Positions 1 through 11,573 are shown, counted from the first letter of the stretch. The stretch is DNA of 64,000 nucleotides from Balneolales bacterium (GCA_024711145.1 JANJTJ010000117.1:416-64415); one strand, 5' to 3'. Notes: generated by a model not told the origin, from the letters alone. Numbers and translations are program-made.

Positions 1-86
1 TGGTGAAAGCCGCCAGCCCCGATGTGATCGAGGCCGCCGTGAACGCCTTCGTGAAGGGATTCGCGACCCTGTATCAGAAAAAATGA
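1..86 (+). CDS. 3' end of an upstream CDS truncated by the window edge (product unknown)
   Basis: Frame is open from the window edge (..VKAASPDVIEAAVNAFVKGFATLYQKK*) and ends at TGA 84-86. Third codon positions are strongly G/C. Confidence 0.35.
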   Translation, partial: VKAASPDVIEAAVNAFVKGFATLYQKK

Positions 87-96
87 GGAATGCCGA

Positions 97-1680
97 ATGT
101 TGAATGTTGAAATGAAGCCCGGCATGCGGGACTTGTGCCTGATGGCTTGCGTCGTGTTGTGCGGATGGACCCAGGTGCTGGCGCAGATGCCGGATGCCGA
201 GCCGCGCAACCGCGGCGAAGGCCCCTTCGGGCGGTTGATCATCCGCGGGGCTACCGTGATCGACGGTACCGGCTCGCCGGCCTATGGCCCGGTGGACATC
301 GTGGTGGAGAACGACCGCATCGCCGAGGTGCGCGTGGTCGGCTACCCCGGTGTGGAGATCACCGGCAGGCGGCCCGAGGCCGGCCCCGGCGACCGCGAGA
401 TCGACGCCACGGGCATGTACGTGCTGCCCGGGTTCGTGGACCTGCACGGGCATATCGGCGGCCGGTCCCAAGGCACCACGCCCGATTATGTGTTCAAGCT
501 CTGGCTGGCCCATGGCGTGACCACCGTACGCGACCCCGGTTCCGGCAACGGCATGGCCTGGACCCTGCGCCATCGCCGTCTGAGCGCCGAAAACCGCATA
601 GCCGCACCCCGCATTTTCGCCTATGCCACCTTCGGTATGGAGAACCAGCGCCCCATCACCACGCCGGCCGAAGCCCGCGACTGGGTGCGGCGCTGGGCCG
701 AACAAGGCGGCGACGGTATCAAGTTCTTCGGAGCCCGCCCCGACATCATGCAGGCCGCCCTCGACGAAGCGAAACGCCGGAACCTGCGGTCGGCCGCCCA
801 CCATGCCCAATTGAATGTGGCCCGTTGGAACGTGCTGCATTCGGTCCGCGCCGGCCTCACCACCATGGAACATTGGTACGGGCTGCCCGAAGCCATGCTG
901 GCCTACGGTACCGTGCAGGATTATCCGGCCGATTACAACTACCAGAACGAACAGCACCGGTTCGAAGAGGCCGGCAAACTCTGGTCCCAGGCCGCCGCTC
1001 CCGGGTCGGATGCCTGGAACGCGCTGATCGACACCCTGAAGGCGTATGATTTCACACTGAATCCGACTTTCAACATCTACGATGCCAACCGCGACCTCAT
1101 GCGGGCCTACCGGGCCGAATGGCACGACGAATACACCCTTCCCTCCCTCTGGAATTTCTACCAACCCAACCGCCGCGCCCATGGATCCTACTGGTTCGAT
1201 TGGGGAACCCGGCAGGAAATCGAATGGAAGGAGAACTACCGGTTATGGATGGCCTTCATCCGCGACTACCACCGTCGCGGCGGCCGCGTGGGGGCCGGCA
1301 GCGATTCCGGATTCATCTTCCAGCTTTACGGGTTCGGCTTCATCCGCGAGCTCGAACTCCTGCAGGAAGCCGGGCTGCATCCGCTCGAAGTGGTGCGCGC
1401 CGCCACCCTGCACGGCGCCCAGGCACTGGGTCGGGAGGCCGACTTCGGCACCATCGAGGTGGGTAAGAAAGCCGACCTGGTGATCGTGGGTGAAAATCCG
1501 TTGGCCAACTTCAAAGTGCTCTATGGCACCGGAACCCTGGCGTTGGGCGCCGACAACCAACCCATGCGCAAAGGGGGTATCCGTTGGACCATCAAAGACG
1601 GCATCATCTACGACGCCCCCGCCCTGCTGGCCGATGTGCGCAAACTGGTTGAAGACGCGAAATCCGCCACCCGGGACTGA
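97..1680 (+). CDS. secreted metal-dependent amidohydrolase family protein
   Basis: 527-aa ORF with an N-terminal signal-like segment. Carries amidohydrolase motifs (PGFVDLHGH near the N-terminus, GSDSG, C-terminal ADLVIV..NPL). The start could be 112. Confidence 0.75.
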   Translation: MLNVEMKPGMRDLCLMACVVLCGWTQVLAQMPDAEPRNRGEGPFGRLIIRGATVIDGTGSPAYGPVDIVVENDRIAEVRVVGYPGVEITGRRPEAGPGDREIDATGMYVLPGFVDLHGHIGGRSQGTTPDYVFKLWLAHGVTTVRDPGSGNGMAWTLRHRRLSAENRIAAPRIFAYATFGMENQRPITTPAEARDWVRRWAEQGGDGIKFFGARPDIMQAALDEAKRRNLRSAAHHAQLNVARWNVLHSVRAGLTTMEHWYGLPEAMLAYGTVQDYPADYNYQNEQHRFEEAGKLWSQAAAPGSDAWNALIDTLKAYDFTLNPTFNIYDANRDLMRAYRAEWHDEYTLPSLWNFYQPNRRAHGSYWFDWGTRQEIEWKENYRLWMAFIRDYHRRGGRVGAGSDSGFIFQLYGFGFIRELELLQEAGLHPLEVVRAATLHGAQALGREADFGTIEVGKKADLVIVGENPLANFKVLYGTGTLALGADNQPMRKGGIRWTIKDGIIYDAPALLADVRKLVEDAKSATRD

Positions 1681-1695
1681 GCCTCAGTCCTGGGG
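1670..1695. other. inverted repeat spanning the two convergent stop codons (possible bidirectional hairpin)
   Basis: cccgggactgag-c-ctcagtcctgggg gives about a 12-bp stem with one mismatch. TGA(+) 1678-1680 and TGA(-) 1684-1686 lie in the arms. No U-tract follows. Confidence 0.3.
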
Positions 1696-2391
1696 AACCG
1701 GGATATCGGGGTTGCTGGTCAGGATGAAGCCCCGCTTGCGCACCGTCTGGATGTATTCCTTGGGCGATACATCGTTGATCTTCTTGCGCAGGTAGCTCAC
1801 ATACACATTGATGAAATTGGTCTGGGTGTCGAATTTGATACCCCAGACTTTGTCGGCCAGCTCCTCTTTGTCGATCACCCGATCCACATTGTGCAGGAAG
1901 TAGGCCATCAGGTTGAACTCGTTGTTGGTGAGCCACACCGGTTTCCCATCCACCGTGAATTCCCGTTTGAGCAGATTCACGGCCAACTCGCCACAATGGA
2001 GCACCTCCGACATTTCGGCCGATTCGCGCGAGCGCCGGGTGATCGCCTCGATGCGGGCGATCAGTTCCTTGTTGTCGAAGGGTTTCGTGAGGTAATCGTC
2101 GGCGCCGTTGTGCAGGCCCGACACCTTCGTGTCGATGTTCTTGCGGGCCGAAAGGATCAGGATGGGGGTTTTCACACCGCCGGCGCGCAAGTCGCGGCAG
2201 ACCTCCAGGCCGTTCTTGTCGGGCAGGGCCAGGTCCAGAATGATGCAATCGAAAGCCCCGCCGGTGGCCATCCGCTCCCCTTCCTGCGCATCGGCCACGG
2301 CGGAAACGGTGTATTCGTGCTTCTGGAGCACCCGGGTGAGCAGGGTTCTGACCACCTCGTCGTCTTCAATCACCAGGACCTTCATGCTCAT
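1684..2391 (-). CDS. OmpR/PhoB-family response regulator (receiver + winged-helix)
   Basis: MKVLVIEDD..ILDLALPDKNGLEV..DDYLTKPF receiver motifs, with a C-terminal trans_reg_C-like region (YVSYLRKKI). No adjacent histidine kinase. Confidence 0.9.
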   Translation of the reverse strand: MSMKVLVIEDDEVVRTLLTRVLQKHEYTVSAVADAQEGERMATGGAFDCIILDLALPDKNGLEVCRDLRAGGVKTPILILSARKNIDTKVSGLHNGADDYLTKPFDNKELIARIEAITRRSRESAEMSEVLHCGELAVNLLKREFTVDGKPVWLTNNEFNLMAYFLHNVDRVIDKEELADKVWGIKFDTQTNFINVYVSYLRKKINDVSPKEYIQTVRKRGFILTSNPDIPVPQD

Positions 2392-2403
2392 CGTACGGCA
2401 AGA

Positions 2404-3108
2404 TTAGGTTTGTACAGGGTAGCCCTTGGCCTTCCACCAATCGGATACGGCGTTCAACATGGTGTTGGTAAGGCCGTGTTCGGAATTGACCGGGTGGAAA
2501 TCGGCTTTCAACCCGTGCGAACGCAAGATGTCGATATGTTCTTTCTGTTTGAGCGGGTCTACCACGGTATCCTTCATGCCATGGACCGCCAAAACGCCCA
2601 AATGTTTGATTTTGGACCATTTGCCGGCCAGCAGTTCGGTTTTCACCCGTCCCCCGATAACCACCAGATCATTGCAGTGTTTCCAGCGGGTGGTGGCGAA
2701 ATAGGCGGCCTGATAGCCCCCCATCGAATAACCCAGCACACACACGCGGTCGGCTTTGATGTAGGGCAGCACCCCGTCCACGATTTCCTGGATGAACTCG
2801 GCCGTGTATTCCAAGGACTTGACGAAACTGCCCTGGCGGCCGTTGTACAGATACCAGGAATAACCGAATTTCTCGCGGTATTTCACCCGGTCCAGCTCGG
2901 CATAGGGGCCCTGGATGAACAGATGGTAGGCCGCGAACCGGTCGGTGAGCGGTTTCATCTTGCGCTCGAACAGGTCCATGTGCTGCCCCGCCCCATGCAG
3001 ATAGATGATGAGCGGTTTGGGCCCTTTGGGGCCGGTTTCGCCCAAGCGGTAGGGCACCTCGACCTTGAACGAGGTTTTTCCGGAAACTAGGATGTCCATA
3101 GGTGGCAT
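2404..3108 (-). CDS. alpha/beta-hydrolase, phospholipase/carboxylesterase family
   Basis: Nucleophile elbow [16 protein letters not shown], and C-terminal His (NSEHG). ATG starts at 3108 or 3099 are preferred over the track start at 3171. Confidence 0.7.
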   Translation of the reverse strand: MPPMDILVSGKTSFKVEVPYRLGETGPKGPKPLIIYLHGAGQHMDLFERKMKPLTDRFAAYHLFIQGPYAELDRVKYREKFGYSWYLYNGRQGSFVKSLEYTAEFIQEIVDGVLPYIKADRVCVLGYSMGGYQAAYFATTRWKHCNDLVVIGGRVKTELLAGKWSKIKHLGVLAVHGMKDTVVDPLKQKEHIDILRSHGLKADFHPVNSEHGLTNTMLNAVSDWWKAKGYPVQT

Positions 3109-3116
3109 GCTCGGGC

Positions 3117-3144
3117 AAAATACACAACGGATTGTGTGTATTTT
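3117..3144. promoter_or_regulatory. AT-rich inverted repeat in the esterase/bioB divergent promoter region (candidate operator)
   Basis: AAAATACACA-N8-TGTGTATTTT, perfect 10-bp arms. It lies 39 bp upstream of the bioB ATG and 9 bp upstream of the esterase ATG. Confidence 0.4.
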
Positions 3145-3182
3145 CCGCCAATTCACACAAAATAAGCCCAAATACGCATCCC

Positions 3183-4160
3183 ATGTCCGACATCCGCACC
3201 GATTGGACCCTGCACGAAGTAGCCACCATCTACCACTCGCCCATCCTGGAGCTGGTGTACAAGGCCGCTTCGGTACATCGCCGGTACCATGCCATCGGCG
3301 AAGTGCAGGTGAACACGCTCTTGTCCATAAAAACGGGTGGTTGCCCCGAAGACTGCGCCTATTGCCCCCAGGCGGCCCGCTACCATACCGATGTGGATGC
3401 CCACAAATTGCTGGATGTGGACACGGTGCTCGCTTCGGCCCGCGAGGCCCGCGACAACGGCAGCACCCGGTTCTGCATGGGTGCCGCTTGGCGCAAAGTG
3501 AAGGACAATGCCGAATTCGACCGCGTGATCGACATGGTGAAAGGGGTTAACGGCCTGGGCATGGAGGTCTGCTGCACCCTGGGCATGCTCTCGGCCGACC
3601 AGGCCGCCCGCTTGAAGGAAGCCGGTCTGACCGCCTACAACCACAATCTGGATACGAGCGAGGAGTTCTACTCCGAGATCATCACCACGCGGACCTACGG
3701 CGACCGTTTGGAAACCCTGGGCAACGTGCGCCAGGCCGGTATTTCGGTCTGTTCGGGCGGCATCATCGGCTTGGGTGAGGACGATACCGACCGTATCGGC
3801 ATGCTGCACACCCTGGCCACCCTGCCCCAGCACCCCGAGTCGGTGCCGGTGAATGCCCTGGTGGCCGTGAAGGGCACGCCGCTCGAGAACCAGGAACGGG
3901 TTACTGTTTGGGAGATGGTGCGCATGGTGGCCACGGCCCGCATCCTCATGCCCAAAGCCATGGTGCGCTTGTCGGCCGGGCGCTTGGAAATGCCCATTGT
4001 GGAACAGGCGTTCTGTTTCCTGGCCGGTGCCAACTCCATCTTCGCCGGCGAAAAACTGCTCACCACGCCCAACCCGGCCGTGGATCAGGACAAAGCCATG
4101 TTCGAGCTGCTGGGTCTGTTCCCTCGGGAGGCCTTCAAAGGGCAGCCAGTCGACGCGTGA
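3183..4160 (+). CDS. bioB: biotin synthase
   Basis: Radical-SAM CPEDCAYC motif and a typical BioB N-terminus (W..EV..IY..P..EL). ATG 3183 chosen inside the 3102 ORF. Confidence 0.95.
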   Translation: MSDIRTDWTLHEVATIYHSPILELVYKAASVHRRYHAIGEVQVNTLLSIKTGGCPEDCAYCPQAARYHTDVDAHKLLDVDTVLASAREARDNGSTRFCMGAAWRKVKDNAEFDRVIDMVKGVNGLGMEVCCTLGMLSADQAARLKEAGLTAYNHNLDTSEEFYSEIITTRTYGDRLETLGNVRQAGISVCSGGIIGLGEDDTDRIGMLHTLATLPQHPESVPVNALVAVKGTPLENQERVTVWEMVRMVATARILMPKAMVRLSAGRLEMPIVEQAFCFLAGANSIFAGEKLLTTPNPAVDQDKAMFELLGLFPREAFKGQPVDA

Positions 4161-5409
4161 TGGTGGCGTAAACCGCCTCCAACTCCGCGTCAGTCATGCA
4201 ATAGGGCGGCATGGCGTACACCGTGTCGCCCAAGGGCCGCAGCAGCACGCCGTCGTCCAGGAAGGCCTGCCTCAGGGCCGGCCCCACCGGATCGTGGTAG
4301 CCCCCCGGGCGACCGGGTACATCCATGGCCACGATGGTGCCGCACACCCGGATGCGGTCCGCTCTGGGCTGAAACCGCCGCAGCAGGTCCCTATGCCGTG
4401 CCTCGAACGCACGTACCACCGGTAAGGCGGCTTCGGTGAGCGCCCAGGATGCCACCGCCGCGGCACAACCCAAGGGGTTTGCGGTGTAGGAGTGGCCGTG
4501 CCACAGCGTATGTACGGGGTCGGGGCTGTCGAAGGCCGCCTGTACCGTGTCGCGCACCACGGTGACCGCCAGTGGCAGAAAGCCGCCGGTGATGCCCTTC
4601 GACAGGCACAACAGGTCGGGCGCCTCGCCCACCCGTTCGAAGGCGAACCGTTCACCCGTGCGCCCGAACCCGGTCATCACTTCATCGAAAATGACCAGGA
4701 CGCCGAACTCCCGTGCCAGTCGCACCGCTCGTGCCACGAATGCGGGCCGCACCATGCGCATGCCACCCGCCCCTTGTACCAACGGTTCCAGGATGCAGGC
4801 CGCATAGCCGTCGGGATGCCGCTCGAAAGCCTGCCGAAGCCAGTCCAGTGCGGCGGCCTCCTTGGTTTCCACTTGGGCGTCTCCATCCCAGGTGTGGGGC
4901 CAGGGTGCCCGGTCAACGGCGAACAGCAAGGGTTCGAAGGGGGCCGAGAAGGTGCTGCGCGCCCCGGCTGACATGGCACCGAAGGTGTCGCCATGGTAGG
5001 CTCCGTCGAAGGCGACGATGCGGTCGCGCCGGGCCTCTCCCCTGTTTCTCCAATATTGCCAGGCCACTTTGAGTGCGACTTCCACGGCCGTGGAACCGTT
5101 GTCGCTGTAGAACACCCGGTCCAAGCCGGGTGGCAAGGCTTCGGCCAACAGACCGGCCAGGCGTTCGGCCGGCTCGTGGGTGAACCCGGCGAAAATCACA
5201 TGTTCGAGGGTCCGCGCCTGCTCGGCTATGGCTTCGGCTATGGCCGGATGCCCGTGCCCGTGCAGATTCACCCACCAGGAGGAGATGGCATCGATGAGTT
5301 CACGCCCGTCGGCCAGCCGGAGGCGGGCTCCCGAGCCGCCCACCACTTTCTGTGGTACCAGGTTCGCCGACAGGGGCGTGAAGGGATACCAGATCTTGGA
5401 ATCAGCCAA
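4135..5409 (-). CDS. bioA: adenosylmethionine-8-amino-7-oxononanoate aminotransferase
   Basis: [29 protein letters not shown] class-III aminotransferase/BioA motifs. Apparent TTG start at 5409. Confidence 0.9.
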   Translation of the reverse strand: MADSKIWYPFTPLSANLVPQKVVGGSGARLRLADGRELIDAISSWWVNLHGHGHPAIAEAIAEQARTLEHVIFAGFTHEPAERLAGLLAEALPPGLDRVFYSDNGSTAVEVALKVAWQYWRNRGEARRDRIVAFDGAYHGDTFGAMSAGARSTFSAPFEPLLFAVDRAPWPHTWDGDAQVETKEAAALDWLRQAFERHPDGYAACILEPLVQGAGGMRMVRPAFVARAVRLAREFGVLVIFDEVMTGFGRTGERFAFERVGEAPDLLCLSKGITGGFLPLAVTVVRDTVQAAFDSPDPVHTLWHGHSYTANPLGCAAAVASWALTEAALPVVRAFEARHRDLLRRFQPRADRIRVCGTIVAMDVPGRPGGYHDPVGPALRQAFLDDGVLLRPLGDTVYAMPPYCMTDAELEAVYATITRRLAAL

Positions 5410-6022
5410 GGTGCAGGTGTCTGATGGATTCGGGGGTGATTTCGGGCAACCAGGGCCATTGCGCCACCAGCGGAACCCGGCCGAATCGGGCGATGTCGCG
5501 GGCGTTGAGCGGGTGCGGGTCTCCGATGAGCACCACCGCGAACACCTCCAGCTCCCGTCGCCGAAGGGCTTCCAGGGTGAGCAAGGTGTGGTTCAGGGTT
5601 CCCAGCCCGCTGCGGGCGGCTACCACTACCGGTGCCGGTAGGCGCACCATCAGGTCCACCAGGAAATGCCGGTCGTCCACGGGTACCAATACGCCGCCGG
5701 CGCCTTCCATCACCAAGGGTCCGGTTGCCACCGGCCGCCGGATGTCTTCGAAACGGATGCAGGTGCCGGCCGCTTCGGCCGCCTGGTTCGGGCTCAACGG
5801 GGCGGGCAAGGCCACGGCGTTGGGCAGGATGCGCTCGGGACCGCACCCCGAAAGGGCGCGTACGGTGTCACTGTCCGAATCCAGCTCGGTTCCCGTCTGT
5901 ATGGGTTTCCAATAGCTGGCCCCCAGTTGCCGCACCAGCACGGCCGATACCAGGGTTTTGCCGACGCCGGTGTCGGTACCGGTTACCCAGAGGCGCTCAG
6001 GCCAACCGCTGGATGATGGCAT
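5402..6022 (-). CDS. bioD: dethiobiotin synthetase
   Basis: LWVTGTDTGVGKT P-loop. ATG 6022 preferred (11 aa before the P-loop). Overlaps the bioC end by 26 nt. Confidence 0.85.
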   Translation of the reverse strand: MPSSSGWPERLWVTGTDTGVGKTLVSAVLVRQLGASYWKPIQTGTELDSDSDTVRALSGCGPERILPNAVALPAPLSPNQAAEAAGTCIRFEDIRRPVATGPLVMEGAGGVLVPVDDRHFLVDLMVRLPAPVVVAARSGLGTLNHTLLTLEALRRRELEVFAVVLIGDPHPLNARDIARFGRVPLVAQWPWLPEITPESIRHLHLG

Positions 6023-6782
6023 AGGTGATGCCGTAGGTGATGGTGAAGGATTTCCGCCGTTTCGATTCCCAGGTGCGCTGCAGGGCATGCACGGTTTCGG
6101 CGGTGCCGCGGGGCCCCTTCCCTTTCCGGACTCCCGCGCCGATGGCTTTCAGATGTTGGAAGAAGGCCATGGGCGATTCATGCTCCTCTTTGCCGATCTC
6201 GTTGAGCACCAAGGTCTTGTATTTCATGCCCAGGTAGGTGGCCACATCGGGTTTCGGGAGCGGATTGGCCGTGTAGGGCACTTTGGCTTCCCGGCACAAC
6301 GATTTCCACTGGGGGAAGCTCTTGGAATTGAAATAGGACACGGCGATGAGGCCGCCGGGTTTGAGCGCGGTGCCCAGATGCTTGAGGGTGGCCTGCAGGT
6401 CGTCGGTCCATTGAACGGTAAGACCGGACAGGATGAGCCCGTAGGGATGTTCGGGCGCGAACCGCTCGATGTCCAAGGTGCGGAACACGGTATGTTCGGG
6501 CAACTTGCCGGACAGTTTGGCGCGGGTATGCTCCACCATTTCGGGGGCCAGGTCGGTCACTTCCCGTGGCAGGTCGGGCCACCAGGCCGCCGTGCGGTCG
6601 GTGATGAAACCGGTACCGCACCCGAACTCGAGCACCGGGCCATCCACGAACCGGGTGAACGGTTTGAGGAACTCGACCAGGCGGTCTGCGGCTTTTTTCT
6701 GCACCGTGGCATGGCGGTCGTAATGCGCCGCCACGGAGCCGAAGCTTTTGGCCAATACCAGATTGTCGGGGTCGGAACGCAT
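5997..6782 (-). CDS. bioC: malonyl-[ACP] O-methyltransferase
   Basis: FGSVAAHYDRHATVQ plus SAM motif VLEFGCGTG, BioC-like throughout. ATG at 6782 (TGATG overlap with the upstream gene) or 6797. Confidence 0.8.
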   Translation of the reverse strand: MRSDPDNLVLAKSFGSVAAHYDRHATVQKKAADRLVEFLKPFTRFVDGPVLEFGCGTGFITDRTAAWWPDLPREVTDLAPEMVEHTRAKLSGKLPEHTVFRTLDIERFAPEHPYGLILSGLTVQWTDDLQATLKHLGTALKPGGLIAVSYFNSKSFPQWKSLCREAKVPYTANPLPKPDVATYLGMKYKTLVLNEIGKEEHESPMAFFQHLKAIGAGVRKGKGPRGTAETVHALQRTWESKRRKSFTITYGITYAIIQRLA

Positions 6783-7402
6783 CAGAAGTCCATGCATCGG
6801 TCGGGCGCCACATAGGGAAAGCTGTGCCCTACGCCGTCGAGGATCCGTAGGGGAACGCCCGCCAGCTCGGCCAAAGCCTGCCCCCGCTCCACCGGTACGA
6901 TCCGGTCGGCGCGGGCATGGAGGATAGCGATTTTTCCGGGCAGGTTCATCATGGAATCGCCTGCACGCCATCGGTCCAGGCGGTGGAGGTCGTCGATGAG
7001 CAGGTCCCAGTTCCAGGGGCGCTCATACCCGCCCCGGCCGGGGTCGCCACAGGCGGCGTGGAATTCGCGCAGCACGCCGGCATCGCCGTTTCGCAGGCGC
7101 TCGCGCATGCGCTCGGTGACCCGGATACCGGTTGGATGACCATGAAACCGATCGAACCCGCCCAGGATGAGCCGGGTGCCGCAGGCCCCATCGACCTCCG
7201 GATGGGTGAAGGTGATGCCCATGGAATGGGTGACCAGGATGCGGGCTTCGATGTCGGGATGGGTGAACCGGGGATCGGCCGGTGCACCGGTGTAGCCGCG
7301 GTCGAAGCGGAGCACCCGGTCGGTAGGTGGAATGAGGGCCGCGAAGGCATCCCAGGCACCGGCATCGTAGCCCCAGCCGTGGCGCAGGATCCACTCACGC
7401 AC
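6782..7402 (-). CDS. short alpha/beta-hydrolase, probable pimeloyl-[ACP] methyl ester esterase (BioH/BioG-type)
   Basis: About 206 aa with an HSMG nucleophile elbow, ADRIVP Asp and GHSFP His. Sits between bioF and bioC. Only a GTG at 7402 gives a start without a long overlap of bioF. Confidence 0.55.
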   Translation of the reverse strand: MREWILRHGWGYDAGAWDAFAALIPPTDRVLRFDRGYTGAPADPRFTHPDIEARILVTHSMGITFTHPEVDGACGTRLILGGFDRFHGHPTGIRVTERMRERLRNGDAGVLREFHAACGDPGRGGYERPWNWDLLIDDLHRLDRWRAGDSMMNLPGKIAILHARADRIVPVERGQALAELAGVPLRILDGVGHSFPYVAPDRCMDF

Positions 7403-8522
7403 GGAGGGCGGCCTCCAGCAGCGCCAGGTCGGCGTCGGTATGCCGCACGGTGGCCGTAAGGCGCAGGCGCGCGGTGCCGGGTTCGACCGTGGGCGGGCGT
7501 ATGGGCTGGGCCCATACGCCCGCATCGGCGAGCCGGCGGGCCAGGGCCAGTGCCGAAGCGTCGGAGCCCGTTACCGCCGGCACGATGGGGCTCGCAGAGC
7601 CCCGGGTGTCGAACCCGGCACCGCGCACCGCGGCCCGGAGCCGGTCGGCCCGGGCCGCGAGCTCGGCGCGCTGGGCGTCCAGGCCGGGTATGAGGGCCAA
7701 CGCGCCGGCCAGCGCGCCGACCTGGGCGGGCGGGGGCGCCGTGGTGTAGATGAACCCGCCGGCGGTGTTCTGCAGGTAGTCGATCAACCGGTGCGAGCCC
7801 GCCACGGCCCCGCCCGCCCCGCCGAAGGCCTTGCCGAAGGTGGCGATCCACGCATCCACTCGGGGATTGTCGGCCGCCAATCCGCGTCCTCCCCTGCCCA
7901 TCAGGCCCACAGCATGGGCTTCGTCCACCACGAACAGCAGGTCGAACTCGTTGGCCAGGGCGGTGAGCTCGGCCAAGGGAGCACGGTCTCCATCCATCGA
8001 AAACACGCTTTCGGTGACCAGCAGCTTGCGGCCCGGCCGGTTCCGGTCGGCTTCCAGCCGCCGGCGCAGGTCGGCCGCATCGGCATGGTGGTAGCGCACC
8101 ATCCGTGCGCGGGATGCCACCACCCCGGCGTACAGGCTGTGGTGGTTCAGGCGGTCCATGTACACGGTGCTGTTCCGGTCGGCCAAGGCCTCCATGACCG
8201 ACAGGTTGAGCTGGTAGCCGGTGGCGAACAGCAGTGCGGCTTCGCGCCCGGCCCAAGCCGCGAACTCCCGCTCGAAGGCGGTATGGATGGGCAGGGTGCC
8301 CGTCACCAGCCGCGAAGCGCCCGAACCGGCACCAAACGCTTCCAAGGCCTGCCGTGCCGCACCCACCACCTCCGGATGCCGGGAAAGCCCCAGGTAATCG
8401 TTGGAGCTGAAATCGACCCAGGTGCGGCCGTCGGCCCGGGGTGGCAGGGCTTGGGCCCGGCGGAGGCGGTCCGCCTGGCTCCGCGCCCTCAGTTCCTCAT
8501 CCCAATAGCCCGACCGACTCAC
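7395..8522 (-). CDS. bioF: 8-amino-7-oxononanoate synthase
   Basis: NDYLGL, SMDGDRAPL and TFGKAFG (PLP Lys) motifs. GTG start overlaps the upstream stop (GTGA). Confidence 0.9.
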   Translation of the reverse strand: MSRSGYWDEELRARSQADRLRRAQALPPRADGRTWVDFSSNDYLGLSRHPEVVGAARQALEAFGAGSGASRLVTGTLPIHTAFEREFAAWAGREAALLFATGYQLNLSVMEALADRNSTVYMDRLNHHSLYAGVVASRARMVRYHHADAADLRRRLEADRNRPGRKLLVTESVFSMDGDRAPLAELTALANEFDLLFVVDEAHAVGLMGRGGRGLAADNPRVDAWIATFGKAFGGAGGAVAGSHRLIDYLQNTAGGFIYTTAPPPAQVGALAGALALIPGLDAQRAELAARADRLRAAVRGAGFDTRGSASPIVPAVTGSDASALALARRLADAGVWAQPIRPPTVEPGTARLRLTATVRHTDADLALLEAALRA

Positions 8523-9595
8523 GGCGCGGGTTCGGCCTGGGCTGCGGTGCGGAACGTGCGGGCGATGGCTTCGAACTGGTACAGGAAGCGCCGCTGCTTG
8601 TATTTGGGCGAGAACTGCCCGAATTCCATGAGGTAGAGCCGGTTGGTCTGCGGATCATGGAAGGTGTAGTTGATGAAGGGGCCGCCCATGGAGCGGTCCG
8701 ACATCACCCAGATGCCTTTGGTGATGAAGGTGTTGCGCCCGTTCACCTCGGTGAATTCAGTTCGATGGGGACGCCGGTAATCGGTTTCGATATAGGCGTC
8801 TTCGCGGGTACCGCGGAAATACTGCTGGTTGAGGGAATCGCGCATGCGGTTGATCCAATCGGCATTGATGCCTTCGATGGTTTCCACATTCTCCATCCAA
8901 TGCACCCAGATCCAACGGTCGTTGTCTTCCAGATACCGCCGGAGTGTGACGAAATCGAGGGTGTCTATGCCCAGGTAGTAATCGTGCTGCACGCGGAAGG
9001 TCCACCCGTGGGCCTGCATCAGGGAGTCGGATTTGGCGGGTTGGTCGCCCCTGCGATACACATCGTAATCCCAGCGGGGCCATTCGACCGCGTCCAGGCT
9101 GGCCACGAAGGCCTCACCGTTCTCGCGGATGCGTTGGGCCAGGGTCTGCTCGTCGGGACCCATCAGGATGAGGACCCATTGGTCCGTGTACCAATGGTCG
9201 CGCAGGAAGAAGGCCATCTGCTCGCCCGAGCGCACGCGGGCCTTGAGGTCTTCGCTGAGCAAGGCGTTCACATACAGGCCCACGTTGGAGCTGTCGGTGA
9301 GGTGGGAGACCAGGATTAGGTTCCTGTGCTTCTGCACCACTTCGATGTCGGCATTGCGGTGCAGGGTGCGGAAGATGAGGTCGTACCTCGGTTCGGGCCG
9401 GGGCATGGTCTCTATGGGCGCACCGAAGGTGGCATGCAGGGCCTGCGCCACCGGACCCGTGTACTTGAGGGAATCGATGACCACCAGCACTTCCGAAAGG
9501 TTGCCGGCCGATGGGCGTTTGAATTGGACCGACTCGCAGGAGGCGAGCGTTACAAGGGCGGCGACGAGCACCAACCCGGTACGGAATACGTTCAT
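8519..9595 (-). CDS. DUF4837-like lipoprotein (function unknown)
   Basis: Signal/lipobox [20 protein letters not shown]. The overall sequence resembles the Bacteroidota DUF4837 family from memory (not searched). ATG 9595 overlaps the trpA stop (ATGA). Confidence 0.55.
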   Translation of the reverse strand: MNVFRTGLVLVAALVTLASCESVQFKRPSAGNLSEVLVVIDSLKYTGPVAQALHATFGAPIETMPRPEPRYDLIFRTLHRNADIEVVQKHRNLILVSHLTDSSNVGLYVNALLSEDLKARVRSGEQMAFFLRDHWYTDQWVLILMGPDEQTLAQRIRENGEAFVASLDAVEWPRWDYDVYRRGDQPAKSDSLMQAHGWTFRVQHDYYLGIDTLDFVTLRRYLEDNDRWIWVHWMENVETIEGINADWINRMRDSLNQQYFRGTREDAYIETDYRRPHRTEFTEVNGRNTFITKGIWVMSDRSMGGPFINYTFHDPQTNRLYLMEFGQFSPKYKQRRFLYQFEAIARTFRTAAQAEPAP

Positions 9596-10373
9596 GATTT
9601 CACGGATCGGACGAATGCGGCCACCCGATCTTGCCAATCGGGCGATGGATGGGCGCCCCGGATCGATTCGATCAGGGCGCTACCCACAATATACCCATCC
9701 AGCCCCCTGGAGACCTGTATGGCATCTTCATGCGAGCGGATGCCGAAGCCCACCAACACCGGATTTTTCGTGATGTTGGCCCGCACCCGGTCTTTGAAGG
9801 CATCCACCGATTGGCGTAGGGTGGCGCCGTCGCGGGCGCCCGTAACCCCGGTTACCGACACGCAATAGACGAAACCGGTCGATTCCGAATCGATGCGGCG
9901 CATGCGTTCATCGGAGGTGTTGGGAGCCACCAGCAGGATGAAATCGAGACCGGCCGCCGCACAGGCCTGGCGCACCGCATGGCCTTCCTCCGGGGGGACG
10001 TCCGGCAGGATGATGCCGTCGGCGCCGGCTTCGGCGGCTTCACGGAAGAACCGGTCGAACCCGTAGTTGAGGATGGGATTGATGTAGCCCATGAGGACCA
10101 ACGGAATGCCGCTTTGGGCCCGGATACCACGGACCATGTCCAGGATATGCGGAATGGTGACACCGTTGGCGATGGCCACGTCCGAGGCCTGTTGGATGGT
10201 GGGCCCGTCGGCCAGGGGATCGCTGAAGGGCATGCCGATCTCCAACAGGTCGGCCCCGGCCTGCTGCAAACGCAAGGCCAGCCCCACCGTACTGTCCAAG
10301 GTGGGATAACCGGCGGTCAGGAAGAGGCTCATGATGGGGCGTTCGCCGGTAGCGAACAGAGCGGCAAGGCGAC

Positions 10374-10377
<4 letters not shown>
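9592..10377 (-). CDS. trpA: tryptophan synthase alpha chain
   Basis: [18 protein letters not shown] signature. ATG 10377 overlaps the trpB stop. Confidence 0.95.

Positions 10378-11569
<1,192 letters not shown>

Positions 11570-11573
<4 letters not shown>

Noticed and set aside
6949-8256. 435-aa Arg/Pro/Gly-rich ORF in an alternative frame of bioF and the esterase gene. Similar alt-frame ORFs: 42706..43791 over mutL, 5268..5846 over bioD, 29298..30299 N-terminal part.
   Set aside because: These are same-strand frame-shifted shadows of real genes. Their composition (RPGRR-type repeats) reflects GC-rich out-of-frame reading rather than a protein family.
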